A DNA stretch of 64,000 nucleotides from NCBI RefSeq assembly GCF_009914755.1, contig NC_060928.1, one strand, 5' to 3'. The number at the start of each line of letters is the position of its first letter. Position 1 is the first letter of the stretch. This DNA comes from the human T2T-CHM13v2.0 reference genome, Homo sapiens. Below the pieces are notes generated by a model. It saw nothing but the letters and a program-made list of their open reading frames with translations, had not been told where the DNA came from and ran no database searches. Shown in pieces: positions 39,260 through 53,904 of this stretch. The translations under genes were made by a program, and so were the position numbers.

Positions 39260-39547
39260 TTTTTTTTTGAGACGGAGTCTTGCTCTGTTGCCCAAGCTGG
39301 GGTTCAATGACACAATCTCTGCTCACCACAACCTTTGCCTCTGGGTTCAAGTGATCCTCCTGCCTCAGCCTCCCAAGCAGCTGGGATTACAGGAGTGCGC
39401 CACCATGTCGGGCTAATTTTTGTATTTTTAGTAGAGACGGGGTTTCACCATGTTGGCCAGGCTGGTATCGAACTCCTGACCTCATGATCTGCCCGCCTTG
39501 GCCTCCCAAAGTGCTGGGATTACAGGCGTGAGCCACCACGCCCGGCC
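39260..39547 (-). mobile_element. AluS (Sg-like)
   Basis: Full dimer with TSD atttatagtaacttt starting at 39248 and 39549. Confidence 0.92.
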
Positions 39548-41159
39548 AATTTATAGTAACTTTTACAAATATCTGGATAGCCTACCTGGGGTATGTGGTT
39601 CATATATTGCTTAGTGGACTGTTTTATTTTTTTAAATCAGTTATTACTTTCTGGGAAATAAAAGGTAGAAAACTTCTTAAATTACTAAAAAGGGAGTGCT
39701 TATTAAACCCTCTCTTCATGAGCTAGGCCATACCTGGAAATGTTTGATTTCATTAACTTAGGAAGTTACTGAGTGGAGCGCAAGAAATAGTCTGTCCCTT
39801 TAGCACTTGAGCCCTGATCAACATATAACCAGTATTAGTGGATCTATTCCCACGGCTTTATAGCACTGTACTATTGTGACCACCTTTACACAAAGAAGTT
39901 GTGCATGTACTAGGTATAGCATTCTTTTCTATGCTTGAAAAAAGCATGAAGATCTTGTGGAAAAATTCTGCTGTAATTTTTCTGCAGAGCAGATAAAGAG
40001 TCACTAAATATATTGGAAGAAAAATAAAAGATGAAATGATTATAATAAACTAGTAGGAATCTAAAACTGAGTTGACATGAAAAAAATGAAATACGAAGCT
40101 GAGAGGTGGAAAAAGGTTTGACAATGAGAAACTACACAGGACCTATGAGTTTATCTTCTTCCACAGAGAATCTAGACATACCAGAGAAGATGAAGCATCG
40201 CTGAATCTCACAATGGCAATAAGAAGCTGTAGAGAATCAAGACTAAGGCTGAGAAATTTAGAAATGTATTTATCTGAGAAAGATAATACAGAGACAGATC
40301 TAGATATAGATAGATAATCAGATAAGTAGATCAGCTGATAATAAATGTTTCATAGAATTATTAGGGTGTATGAATATTACCTACAAATAAGAAGCAAAAC
40401 ATTATGGAGTGAAGGCATAGCAAGAAGGCTGGATAGGATGCCAATGTATTATGCTATGTATTTGGATAGATTATCTGTTCAGATGTAATTCTGTAAGGGG
40501 CATTGTTGATCTGGTTTACCTACTTAATTTGCTACAAATTGAATAACTACAGTTAAAACATATTTTCTGTTATACAAATAGATTTACTTGTTCATCACTT
40601 TATCGCTAATGACTAGTACAAAATCACTGTGCATTTTGTTTGGCTGTCTTCTTGTGTTATTTCCACATTTAAAAAATACATTCAAGCACTTTTTATGGAT
40701 TTATTCACTGATGTTTGATGTATGAATTATATTAATACTGGGTTTAATAAAAGATTAAATAATAATGAGCAAGGCCATGCTAAAGTGATGATAGATACAA
40801 TTTCTTGAAAAACAATGAAAATATACATTACAGGTTAGATTACTGTGAAGTAAATATTCTGATATTTATTTTAATTATTCATTACAAATAAGTTACAATA
40901 TATATAATTACAAAAGATGGATTTTCTCAGCTGTCCCTTTCTTATCATCTTCTTTATTACGTGACTCTGGTTGCTCTGCCATTCTGTGAACTACACAATC
41001 TAGATTGGAAAAATTCTTGTATTGCATTTAAAAAAATAATGTGCAGAGAATTTTCAGTATCTTCACCTACTATTTTATCTAGATGTCTATTTTAATTACT
41101 AAATCTTCATCAATCTTATATACTTTGTTCTAGATAAGTATTTTTCCTGCAAAAACAAT

Positions 41160-41395
41160 GTTGTGTAATGGTAAAGACCACACACTCTGGAGCTAAGTGT
41201 CTGATTTTAAAACTGGGTCTCTTCTTTTACTAGCTATGTGACCTTAAGAAGTTATTCAAATTTTCTATAACTCAGTTACTTCATCGCTATAGGGCAGATA
41301 GTATTAAGACTTATAAGTTTCTTTGAAGCTTAAATGAGTTATTCATTGTGAAACACAAGAGTAATTGGCCTGTATTAGTCCATGTAAGTGCTATT
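41160..41395 (+). mobile_element. MIR
   Basis: ctctggagc..ttactagctatgtgacctt..aagttattcaa..ctcagttacttcatc..ttaaatgagtt. Confidence 0.8.
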
Positions 41396-41596
41396 TATTT
41401 GTATTATTGTAACCACTGGTACTGATGTTACTATCACTACCATATATATCTGTTTCATTCTTGATCTTTCAAGGCATAGTATGCAAAATGTCAGCTTCAC
41501 AGTATCCTTTAAATTATTTTATTTCTCTCTGTTGAATGATCTGTAATATGTATCCTAGTTCCTGAATCAATAAAATATCATGGTAGGAATGCGTAG

Positions 41597-42015
41597 CGTG
41601 GTGGTAAATTTGATCCATCAACTTGACTGGACTAAGAAATGTCCAGATAGCTGACAGATATTATTTCTGTGTTTATCTCTGAGGGTTTTTCCAGAATATA
41701 CTAGCATTTTAATTGGCAGACTGAGTAAAGAAAATCACCCAGACCAACAGGGTGGGCATCAACCAATTTGTTGAGGGCCTCAATAGAACAAAACGGCAGA
41801 GGAAGGGCAAATTTGATCTCTTTGCTGGAGCTGAGACACCCATCAGTTTTCTGCCCTTAACATCAGTGCTCCTGGTTCTCAGTCCTTCAGACTCAAACTG
41901 GGACTTACAAACTGGGGCTCCCACGGTCTGCAGGCCCTCAGGCTTGCACTAGAACTATACCTCCAGGTTTTCTCTTTCTCCAGTTTGCAAATAGCAAATC
42001 AGGAGATTCCGAAGC
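41597..42015 (+). mobile_element. MLT2 LTR (3'-truncated)
   Basis: tcaacttgactggactaag..ccagatagctg..agactgagtaaagaa..gttgagggcctcaatagaacaaaa. Confidence 0.85.
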
Positions 42016-42659
42016 TATTTAAAAATGAGGGTAATGTTTCTCAAGATATTTGTAACATTTTTTGTGCAAGGGGAGATCAAGAGTAATTGCCTATGAATTT
42101 ATAAAACAGTAATGTATCTAAATTGGGAGAAGAAAAGCAAGAGACCAGAAATACATCATTCTGAGCATAAGAATTTTTTAAAATTAATCATGGTGAGCTA
42201 TAAAATAACAGGTATTTTGAGATCCAAGGAAAGATGCACCATCCTATGCTGCCATTTTAATCATGATTTAAATAATTTATCTATGTGTAACTTCTGCAAA
42301 AACTGCTTTGAGGTTTGAGAGAAGTATGGTATTTTTGTAAAAACAGCATGTAAGGAAATTATCATGTATATTTCTAATCAAATAATCTATTTCAGGAAAA
42401 ACGATGCCGAAGCTTTGTTCTATAATTACATTTCAGTAATTAAAAATAATGAATAAATTCTAACACATTTCCATTTCATTTCATTTTATTATGGTTTTTA
42501 TATAATGGTTCATTTGAAAAGAAATAGTTTCTTTTAAAATAAGCAGTGGAAGTAAAATCCATAGTATGGCATACATTCCAGAATAGATAGGAAGAATACA
42601 TTTATAACAATTACAAATGGCAATTCTTTATTTGCCATTTATCTCTTTTGTCCCCTGTT

Positions 42660-43340
42660 TTTAGGCATTAGAATTCAGTCTGGGAAATAGACCAGAAATC
42701 CCTGCCTTTGGAGAGCTTAGATTCTAGTGGACTCGTAATGAAGTAAATAAGTAAAATATAATGTGTGCCAAGATGGTGGAAATGAATAAAAGAAGAGGAA
42801 ATATATGTCAAGCAGAATATGCCATGTCCAACAACGTAGCTGGGAAAGTCTTCACTGAAAGAAGACACGGAAGAAGTTGGGGAGGAAAGTGGGGCATGGG
42901 AGATGCCAGATCACAGAGGGTCTAATGGACTTTCAGAAGGATTTTGGCTTCACACTTAATATAATGTGGAGAATTAGTGAGATAATGAGAGGATAGATGT
43001 ATTCTGATTCATGTTGTGAAAAGATCTTCTGAGTCACTTTGTGGAGAATAGATTGGGTTAAGGGTACAATAGGGAAACATGGTGGATGCACAATGGCAGC
43101 AATCTAGTGAGAGATATTGTTGGCTAGAGTCAGGGTGGTAGCAGTATAAACATCATAAATAAGTGGGACAATTATAAATGTATACTTTAGAGATATATCA
43201 GGTAGGTTTCCTGAGAGGCTAAAGAGTTAGAAAGGATATCTTTCAGGACAGGTGTGCCATTCATCGAATTGGGAAACGTGAAGGACGAACAGGATGGATG
43301 CGTGGTATAGGTGATGATTAGGATGAGGATGAGAAATGAA
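42660..43340 (-). mobile_element. L2 fragment
   Basis: aaatccctgcctttggagagcttagattctagtgg...aaggattttggctt...aaagatcttctgagtcactttgtggagaatagatt. Confidence 0.7.
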
Positions 43341-43569
43341 GAGACTCTTTCCCTAGGAGAGAACATGTTTTGCATACTTTTCCTTCACAAGTTGTATAGA
43401 CTTCAGAAGTGATGGTCAGTTTTTACTATTATTATTATTTGAACCACAGAGATGAAATTTTAGCTCCAAAGTTTTGATAAAGCTTCATAAAGAGAAAAGC
43501 AGACCTGTATAATTTGAAAATCTCAAGAAAACAATCATGCCCCTAGTACTTTAGTCTCATCACTTAATT

Positions 43570-43715
43570 GATCTTTAATTCAACTAGTCATTTATTCAAG
43601 AAAAAATGTTGGAGTGCCTCCTTTGTCCTGGACAGTATGAAAAGGATTTACAAATACTGATAAACAAAGCTAGTATGGCCCCTACACTTACTAGAATTTA
43701 TATAATCCATTGGGG
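43570..43715 (-). mobile_element. L2 3'-end fragment
   Basis: catttattcaag..ttggagtgcctcctttgtcctggacagt..tggcccctacactt. Confidence 0.55.
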
Positions 43716-45199
43716 ATATGTATGTGTGTGTGTATCATTAAAATGGTTCTAGATCAGAAATTTTGCCATCTTATTTTAATAAGATGCATCAATATGCCAT
43801 CATGTTAAATGTTCAGCAACAGTCACTATTATAAGTGATTAGCTATGTGGATATGTACAATGGGGAGTCAAAAATAGATTTTAAAATGTGGTGAAGAATG
43901 ATTTTTCATAGAAAGTGAGGAATATCATATTACATTTACAAGCTTATATTACAGTATCTATAGTTAATCTCAAGATTTATGAGAACACTTCAAAGTTTCA
44001 ACCACCAAATAGTAACTTAGGACCACTTAAAGATGAGCTAACAACATAAAGGATATTCACAAGATAGCAATAATTTTTTTAAAAAAAGTATTTTATTGGA
44101 ATATAAAGACCAAAAAACCTCAATTCAGGAAGCAGTGCTATTTTCAGATTTTTTTCTCGTAAGTTCGATGGGGTTAGAAACATATTTGCTAATAAAAGTT
44201 TTTAAAATAATGACATAAGTAGTTGAAACAACATTCATAACAAAACAATCTAGAAATATATGAAATGATCTATTGGTATTTATATATATACTATTACGTA
44301 TGTTTTATTTGCATATTTTTCATTCAGATATATTAATAAGAATTTCTATTTTGAAGGTAGTTACTATCAATAATAGTATTAAAAATAATTTATATAGCCA
44401 CATATATATTTGTTATAAGTTTATGGGTATATACTATATAAATCATCAAGAAAAAAAGAAAAACTAGAAGTTTTAAAAAATCTAAACATTTTATATTAAA
44501 ATTTTTGACACATTCACTGAGTATGGTTATGTTCAGGTATACCTTTTCTCTACATTCTGACTTTGTCAAATCATTTGGAAAATTCAAAAATTCATAATAA
44601 TCAGTATTTTTAAAAGATTATATTAAATGAGTCACAGGTATGTATATTTTGTTCATGTCTACCTTGAAAGGTTGTAGTTGAATTTTCATAGGCCATTGCA
44701 AGATTTATACACTCTTCCTTTTTCATGCCCATTTACTATAGGACTAAATTAATAAGTAAAGCTAGTTTATGTAGTAGAAAAATTTCTTTGGCTGTCCTGC
44801 CTAAGAATTATCCCTTACCCTAGAGTACTTGGTACCTTACCCACCTTATGCTGTGAGTCTTGGGAATTGGTAGGAGTTATAAATCACCCTGCAATATTGA
44901 AGGTTAAATACCAGATACTCATTAACTTGGCCTTTCTTACACTAGCCCATGAGCATCTGAAAGGAAGCAGGTGAACGTGACCCAACCTTTGAAACGGGAG
45001 ACAGTGATGTAAAATCCAAGTGATCATGGAGAATTGATTTCTGTGGCAACCATGCAGCAACATCCAATTGACAGGAGCTCAGTGGCAGTAATGACAGTAA
45101 TATATATTATGAAATATATAAAAAATATTTTGTATATTATTATTAGTTATATATCAATAATATGTACGAAACACTTTACAGTATGTAAGTTTTTCATTT

Positions 45200-45750
45200 G
45201 CTTGGGAGACAGATTTTGTAGATATAACTACAACAATATATCCATCCCACATGCTCTTCTAGAATGTGACTTAGACATACCTTCATTGAAGAAGACTCCT
45301 GGCTTGACAGTAACCAATAGAATGGGGTGCAGGCAATACTGTGGTATTTCTCAGGCGAGACCAGAAGAGGCAATGTTGCTTCTGCTTTATCCAATCAGAT
45401 TCTCATTCTTGAAGGCTTCAGCCACCATGGAAACAGTCCAACTCTTCTGAGGTCACCAAGCTATGAGGAAGCTCAAATTATCTCACATGGAGAGACCACA
45501 TGAGGATGTCTATATGAAGAGACTTGAGACTACATGAAGAGGAAGAGATGGTTGGCTGGTTGCTCCAGTCTCCTGCATGTCAAAATCCAGCCACCTTCTG
45601 GTATAACTGCATATGAGACTCTGAGCCAGACAGCTGAGTTGTGACTGGATTTGTGACCCTCAGAAGCAATGAGATAGATAAAAATATTGTCATTATTTTA
45701 AGCCATTTTGTTTTGGGATATTTTGGTATTCAGCAATAGATAAGCTGAAA
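45200..45750 (+). mobile_element. MLT1 (G/H-like) MaLR LTR
   Basis: acaacaatatatccatcccacatgctcttctagaatgtgac...ttttaagccattttgttttggga..cagcaatagataa. Confidence 0.75.
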
Positions 45751-48700
45751 TGGCTTTGGAATAAGTGAAAAACAGTTTCAAATATTTGCTTAACTGAAAA
45801 TAGGAAATAAACAAATTTCCTCCCACATATGGCCACATTCCTGGTTTTATAATTATCTAGTTTGAGAGGAATTACATGTGAGGAGTCCTTGATTTGGGCT
45901 TCCTTCTTACTCCTCTCTGATGCTTATGCTGCAAACGCTAAAATAGGTATAGTTCTAACCTCCTGTTAAATCTTCTCAGCTATTTGTCTCAGTTGGGTAT
46001 TCCTATTCCTTAATAAATCCCTGATGTTGAACCTTAGACAATTCTCATGGAAGGAGAAGCTTTTTTCTTTCACTTACTGGGATAGTGAATTTTTCTCTCT
46101 CATTTTCTTTAGTTGTACTTTGCTTATCCGAGAATTATTTCCAGTCTTTTTTGGGGTCTCTCTTATCTATTATTCTTCTGACTCCTACCGTTTCTATGAC
46201 ACACTGAGTGTTATGAGCATGTTACATTTGATAAACTTCACTTGCAGTGTTTTGGCAAAGGAACTTTCTCATCTGCATGCTTTCTATTGCAAACACAGTT
46301 GCCCTTTGCCTTAGTGAGTAAACAGATCTCTTAAAACTAAGAAAATAGGGTTATGCCTCAGGATAAAATTGGGTTATTATCTATTATAGAACCCCACATG
46401 TGTTTGTTTATCCTCAAGTCATCTCCCTAATGTCCCATGAGCCTTTCTTACTGCTGTCTTTACAGATCATCTGCAAGTGGAAGCATATTTGCCTTTACAC
46501 ATAACTTCTTTCACTTCTGTTATCTTTTTGCTATTCTCTTGTAAAATTGTCCTCCTATCTGTGTGCTACCCATCTTAAAACTGCTGTCAAAAAGGACTGT
46601 CTTCAACTTTGAATGCTCTACGGTAGTTTATTCAAAATACAGAACACTTTATCTTGAAACTAATCCTATGCTTTTTCATTATTAAAAATAAGTTTTGTTT
46701 GATATCTTTGTTCTTTTCAATAGTTGCAGATGAGCCAGAAACTGGAACTGACTTTGAAATAATCTTGAGCTAATAGAGAAATCTCTGCTACAATACGTAG
46801 AGACTCTTTATAATATTGCAAATATACTGTGATATACATGGGTAGACAGTAAGGAAGAAGCAGAAAATGTTAAGAATAACAGAATCAGTCTTCACTTGAG
46901 CCTGCACAGGGAAACATAACAGAGAGACTCTTTGCCTGTGCATTTCAAAGAATGTGTACTGCCGCTACAGGATGTTGTCTAGAGTATGTCAGGAGGTCAT
47001 CGAGAACACAATAGCCAAATACTAAACTGAATCTGTTCTGTCTTCTCAACTCTGCAGCTCCACAGCTACCAAGCAGGTCCTTACAAAAGACTAATATAAT
47101 CTTCAGATCAAAAGCATCTCCGATGGAACCCATCACCCAGGGAAACAAGCTGCTGCGTGTATGGAGTTGGCAAATAGTGAAGAGAACCTCTCATATAGCT
47201 AAATGTCACTTGAAGCCCAGCGAGAACAAAGTTCATTCTTCATATTAGGCTTAGAAATATATTACTAGTGGTCTCCATTAAAGTGCAAAAGAGAAAACAG
47301 CTGGTCTTCTCAGTCCCAAGTTCAATATTTTTATTTGTTATACTCTGTGGCTTATGTCAAAATGTTTCAAATACTTTGGATATCTCTATGAAATCTTTCA
47401 ATTGGGTTTTCTTCTTGCTTTATAGAGTATATATACATACTATAGTGTATATAGGATGATTATAAATCATATCAGCATTGTTCATAACAAATTTGTTACG
47501 TATAATATTTTTATGAACAGGACAGATGTGATTTATAGTTTTACCCAATGATTGAGTATTCTGAAGACAAAATAAAAAGAAAGTTACAATCATTTTATGA
47601 CAATATTGAGCCTGTATTTAGGATATGAAAATATCATTTTAGGAAGCACCAGAATAATTCAAATATTTTTCCATCATGTCCCTGTTGGAAATGAAGCAAA
47701 AGCTTACTTTTGGTAAAACTTATGTACATTAAAAGCTAGAAATTTCTGCATTTATAAAAGCTTTCATATAGCACACAGAATTTTCATAAAAAATGGAAAT
47801 AGGATTTTCTTTTAAAATTGATAATTTTACAAATAAATTATTACAAAGGGTTTTAAAACATAATTGACTTAAATAATGACATATCCAGAGAAGTGAACAA
47901 AAAATGTTTTTATTATTTGTATTACATTCATAACAAATGACATTGATAAGAGAGTAACAAAAATGAGGTGAAAATTGGAGGCATATTCACAGCAATTCTA
48001 AGTGCCTTGAAAAGTTGATCTGAATTGCTTGCTTCAAAGGGAAAATAGACTCTTTAATGATCACTTCTCTGACAACTAACAGTAACATCATTTTTAGCTA
48101 TGACTGCTAAAATTAGATAACTTCCTCTTAGAAATATACATTCCCAGGCAGCAGCAAAGGATGACAGCCTTCACCTGATGATAAGAGGGAGAGTAATAAT
48201 TCATCAGTAAATGAGCAATTTCTGTGATGAAGGAAAAAAATGTTACTTAACAAGGATTTGATGGCAGAATAACGAAAAATAGTGCCATGCTAATTATTTA
48301 GCAATACTAAGTGAAATGTTTGCTTTGATTTTAAATAGAGTGGCACAATTTTCAAGATACGTATTTATTATTAGGACTGTTCATACCAGGAAAAGGAAAT
48401 TTTACTAGTGATTAAGGGCTTTAACAAAGTTATAAAATTATGCTTACTTGAATCAACTATACAATAGAATGTACTTGTTAGAAAGTGCAAACAAATGCCT
48501 TTTAAACTGCTGCCCTAAGGCTGTTAGCTGTTGATAACTAAACTGGCAGGCCGATGCCACCATCATTTCCCTAGCAGTGCAAAACTAGACTAGGGGACCT
48601 TGTCAGGCCATCCATCACAGCTTGTCACCTGAAGACATAAATAAAAATTCAGCATTTCCCCAGATTTATCAGAAGGCTGGTATATCTATTTACAGTCCCC

Positions 48701-49044
48701 ATGGCAAAATTATGCCTTAAATTCAGGCTTTTAAAATGTATACATTAGTGCTATGCAGACATAGCGCCAACATTTATTTTGCAAACTTATAAAATGTACC
48801 AAGAAAATTAGGCACAAACTAAGAGAAATAGCTACAGAAAGAATATTAAGTTAACGGCCTTTAATTTTATAAATCTTAGTAATTTGACAGATCGATGCAT
48901 TAATGGGAAAGAATTGCATCTATTATGGCTCTGTAGAATCACCAAAATATTTCAGGAAGGGAGGAAATATCCTTCCGGTTCTTTTGAAATATTTTGTTAA
49001 AACACACTCGAAGCAGAAGTATGGGTTAGAGAATTACTCTAGAA

Positions 49045-49255
49045 CAGGAGCCTGCATTTTTTCTGTCTCTGCAGGGACAGATACTAAATATTTTAGGCTT
49101 TGAAGTCTGCACATGGGCTCTGCTACAGATTCTTTTTTGGTTTTATTTCATAACTCCTAAATATATAAAAACCATTCTTAATCCATCAATGATACAAAAG
49201 GAATTAGAATCCACTGGCCAGATTTGAATCATGGGACGTAATTAGCTGATTCCTA
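49045..49255 (+). mobile_element. MER58-type hAT-Charlie DNA transposon (MER58C-like)
   Basis: gggacagatactaaatattttaggctttg..aaaaaccattctta..ggccagatttg, with ctag-containing flanks typical of the family. Confidence 0.7.
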
Positions 49256-51488
49256 CTAGAGAAAATAAATGTTTATATATTCAATAAAATGGCACAATTT
49301 TATAATTTAAATTACTGGGGTTTTGCAATGACTATTTTTAAAGAAACAATTCTATTAAAATATGTTGTATTTCATGATATGAGAAAAGTAATTATTATTA
49401 GACATAACTGCTGACATGCAAGTGCACTTTAAATTGTTAGCATTTCTGGCTATACTTAACACATTTTGAAGGAGAGAGTTTAACGCAGGTTGGATGGTAT
49501 GCCAGGTGTATACTGTCACTTAAAACGGGACAGTGGGTAGTCTTGAGACAAATAGCATTAAAGTGAACTCAATGCCAAAAGCAGCTGTTTGAAATAGATC
49601 TGGCAGCACTTCAGAGGTGTGTATCTTGGTGTGAGACTACCAGTCATCTCTTTTAACTTGCCAATTTTACTGATAACATAAAAGCAACAAAATAAACTTT
49701 GAATTTTTAATTCTTTTTGAATCTCTGTGTGTGTGTGTTTCTTATAGCTTCCTGAAAGGTAAAGAATGATCAGTCATTAATATTTTAGTGAGTGACAAAA
49801 AGCATTGTTAAAGAAAAAAAAAATTTCATGAGTTCCACAGGTAACAAAAGATAGCACAATTATTGTCAGATACTGTGTAATTAAATATGTATTTATACTA
49901 TTCCCTGAAATAAGCTAGATTATATGCTACTTATTAATGTATTTAAAATTACTGAAAATTTGTCAATTAATGAAAAGTTACCACCTTCAAACAAAGCACA
50001 CTTGTTAATCTTCTGTTTCAAATGCCTGTTTGTTTTCAATTTGCTATTACTATTTTTTGAATCAAAGGAAATAAAGATATTTAAACAATTCTAAAGCTAT
50101 TTTTTAAAATACTGAATATGACTACATTTTCTACCATTATAACATTTTTAAAAAGTTAAGTATTTAAATGTTATTGACATTTTGAGCCAAATTTGGACCA
50201 ATTTTTATATGTTTATAAGTTTTTACGTTAATATCATAATTCATTAATAAATAGCTACTGTGCTCCAGGCAGTGAGTAGAAATGAGGAAGTGGAAAATAA
50301 ATAAAGCTAAGTAAGCAATGCATTTTAGAGGAGACAACAGGCAAGATGCGGTATAGCTTTAACATTTGTTGGGCATAGATATATCCTGAATGCCTTAAGT
50401 AAATTGATGAATTGACACTTAAAACAACCCTCAAGTCATAAGCTGAGGCTCAGGAAATTTAAACAGTAAATTTGGTACCTAATATCAAACAAATAGCCAA
50501 TAAAGCAATCAGGATCTGAAGATAGGTTTACTCTGAAGCCAAAGTCCTATTTTGTGTTTGTATTGGTTGGTTTGTTTTTCTCAAGGTATTCCATAGCCAT
50601 TTTTTCCCGCAAAAGCAAAATAAATCATTAAAAGTCTTAAAGCAAGCACACTTATAATTGTCTAAGGCCTACTAAGATTATTTCTGGGTTGTATTCTTGT
50701 GACTAAACATATCTTCTTCACCAGGATATTTTATTATTTATAACTTTTGTCAGTTTCTCATCTATTTCCTCATTCCATAACTCTTGTTTTCATTTAACTT
50801 GTGTGCTCATTTTTATGATTCTCATTTGTATATAAATATCTACTGAAATTATTAACATCAGATCCTTTAGATTTTCTCATCTATTTTTTTCCCTTCGTGG
50901 TATATAACTCTCTGTTTCTAAATCTGCCATCTTCTGCATTCAGCCAGTTTTTCTTACTTCCTCCTAAACAGTTAAAACTTTTTTTCCAATGTAGATTTTT
51001 TAAAGTGCCGGTAAGTAAATGACAAAAAGTGGGAAGTTACTGAAAGGAAAAGATTACTTTATATCTTACAGAAAGCCTCAGTGTGCACCCAGCAAAGGGG
51101 GGTTCGGGAGGGGGGGTTCTGTGACCTCGGTCATCTTTCTTTGTGTCTGGATTTCTCTATGAGATAGTAGACTGCTGATCCCTACACTGCTGGCAGAGAG
51201 GGAGGCCAGGGCTTGCTGAGCATGGAAAAGACTTTGTGATCTGTCACACAGCAGGTGGCTCTCTCCACTTGACCCATGGGTTTCCAGATGAACAGTTCTA
51301 CCTTATGTTTTCATTGTAGTTAAGAAGCAAGGGTGTATTCCTCATGCTTAAACCAAGAGTGTTATTTTTCTATACTGAGGCAGATAGTGGGTCTGGCAAA
51401 AGTTTATTCAGAAGTTTTTTTGTTAATATTACAGGCAACTAAAAGCATATCTAAAATCTGCTTATTAAACAGCTGCCAAAATGTTGCT

Positions 51489-51630
51489 AACCAGGCACAG
51501 TAGTACACACTTGTAGTCTCAGCTACTCAGGAAGCTGGGACAGGAGGATTGCTTGAGCCCAGGAGTTTGAGTCCAGCCTAGGCAACATAGCAAGACCCCC
51601 ATCTCTGAAAAATAAATAAGTAAATAAATA
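51489..51630 (+). mobile_element. FLAM Alu monomer
   Basis: ggaggattgcttgagcccaggagtttgagtccagcctaggcaacatagcaagacc plus an (AAAT)n tail; TSD aaatgttgc. Confidence 0.85.
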
Positions 51631-53904
51631 AATGTTGCCTGAGGGAATTTTAAAGACAACAAACTATTTTATCAGTAACTTCTGTTAACATTTTTGATTA
51701 TTTAAGAACAGAAACACTTATGACCAATAAACTTCTAACATTTTCTTAGACACAAAGAGTTTGAAGAATGCTTAAAACTCCTCATTCATGCAAGGCAATT
51801 GTTTAGGAGTGTTGTGATGCTTGTATTTAAGTAGAACAGCTTACACTGAATGAGGTTTTACAGCTATCACAGTGATTTCATTTATATGGCATCACAGTGG
51901 AAACTCCTGTAAAGGCTGGGTATGTAAAAATGTGTTGACTGTTTCAGAGTAGAGATCAGCCTAATGCCTCAATGCTAGCAAGCATTATACAGCTGGGGCC
52001 ACAGCACACATCTGATCCTTGGGACAGCTTTTATTACACATGCTATCTCCCTTGTAGTAGATGGAGGAGAAAGTGGCATTGGGTTAATCACGGGCTTCTC
52101 TCAGGAGATTCACACAGAGTTCAGGTGCCCTTGAAGACTGCCTTATAGTCTCAAGGTTCCTGCAGCCCAAATCCCTGGAAGTTGGGGGATCATGATGACA
52201 TTCAGTGCCACTCAGTAGTGTAGCTTTCACAAAGAAGCAGAGTGATTCTCCCGTTGTATCCGGGCTCTCAGGAGGCTGTGATTGAGTGTGGTTGGAAGGA
52301 GGCAGGTGGCACGTCAGCACCATGGGACAGAAAAACCCGTGAGCACCAACACTATCTTCGAGTTATTTCATTTTATTATTTATATTGCTGGCATTATTGT
52401 TTGCTGGACCATTAGGATATATTTTTCTATCTCACAGAAGTGTTAATATGATATAAAGTTATTTTTAACCTAAAGATCTATCAATATCTGCTGCTGCAAA
52501 AGTACTTATAATCTTCCTTTTTGGTCTCTTATGGATTCCATTCTTGTAGTACCAGCATATGCTTTAATATAACAAAATGCTCCTATAACCTGTCACACAT
52601 TTTCTAGTTTTACTTTTAAGCAAGCTTTTATTCTTGATCCAGGAACAATGTTCAACATCTCCTCACTCTCACCCCCAATTAGATTAGAAATTCATCTGCA
52701 ATATTCTTCTACTTATATTTCATCATCTCACTTTTTGGTTTATTATAAAAGTCTCCTTTCCTTACCCAGGCTAAAGCTCCTACATTCATATGTTTTTTTA
52801 AATAAAAAAGGAAAATGTTCTGACCCTTCTTTATGGTAGCACTTCTAACATTGCTGTGGCAAAACAGGTGCCCTGGTCCCTGAATACAAAATCCATATGA
52901 GGGAACTTCTCACTTGTTCTTCATGACTGATTCTTCTTAAAATCACCACGCGAAGTTTAGCAAGAGGTACAACAGAAAATAGAGTGGAACAGGTGTTATA
53001 ACACCAACTAAATAACTACAGAAAACAGAGAGGAGGAAAGAAAGATGGAAGGAGAGAGGGAAAGAAGGAGAAAGATAAATTAATTCAAAGAAAAATTGGC
53101 CAAGACTTTACTGATGAGTGAACACACACACAGATATACACTCACAAAGAAGAAGGGAAGAGACCTACTGAGGGTGGTTAATGCTGCTAAGTAGGAAGAG
53201 AATCTTTTAAATGCAGCATAATCAATTTCAGCTCAGCAATATGCCCTCACTGGGCACATCTCTACTGCGAGGTGTTATTCCCAAAGGCTTTACTCTCATT
53301 ATTCCTCCCTGTAAGGATAGCTTCAGAAAAAGGTTCAATTTTAATAGGCTCAGTAATTATCCCTGACTTCTTTTAAGAGTTTTTATGGGAATTATTCCCA
53401 CTAAAATTTTACACTGTCCAACAGGATTTAAAGAGGTCAAACCACTTTCCTTGAGGGCCTATAAATGCCATAATTTTATGTATTTTCCCTACAGATTGCC
53501 TTACAAGTTGGGATACTACTTGAGGCAGATCTAAATTATTTTTGTTAAATCTTTTCATGCCTGTTGTGTGAAGTATACTAAACTCCTCTCTGATTCCAAT
53601 TAACGAACTAGACTTCTTTCACAATACAGCATTATCCAACCATTAGTTTATTTATTGACTTATTTATTTATCCTTTCAAAAACGTTTATGAGCAATTTCT
53701 CAGTGCAAGGCATTATTCTAGGTTCTAGGTTATAGGGACATAGTGACAAACAAGACAAAAATCTCTGTCCTAATAGAACTAAAATTCTAGCAAAAAATTT
53801 TTATAGAAAAAAATTTTTATAAAAAAATGTATTATAGAGACAAACTATCTCTAAAATAAACCAGGATATGGGGTTAGAAACAGAGGGAGAGGTATACAAT
53901 TTTA

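Noticed and set aside
53790-53830. AT-only quasi-palindromic repeat (aaaaaatttttata twice)
   Set aside because: Short and low-complexity; no support for a function.
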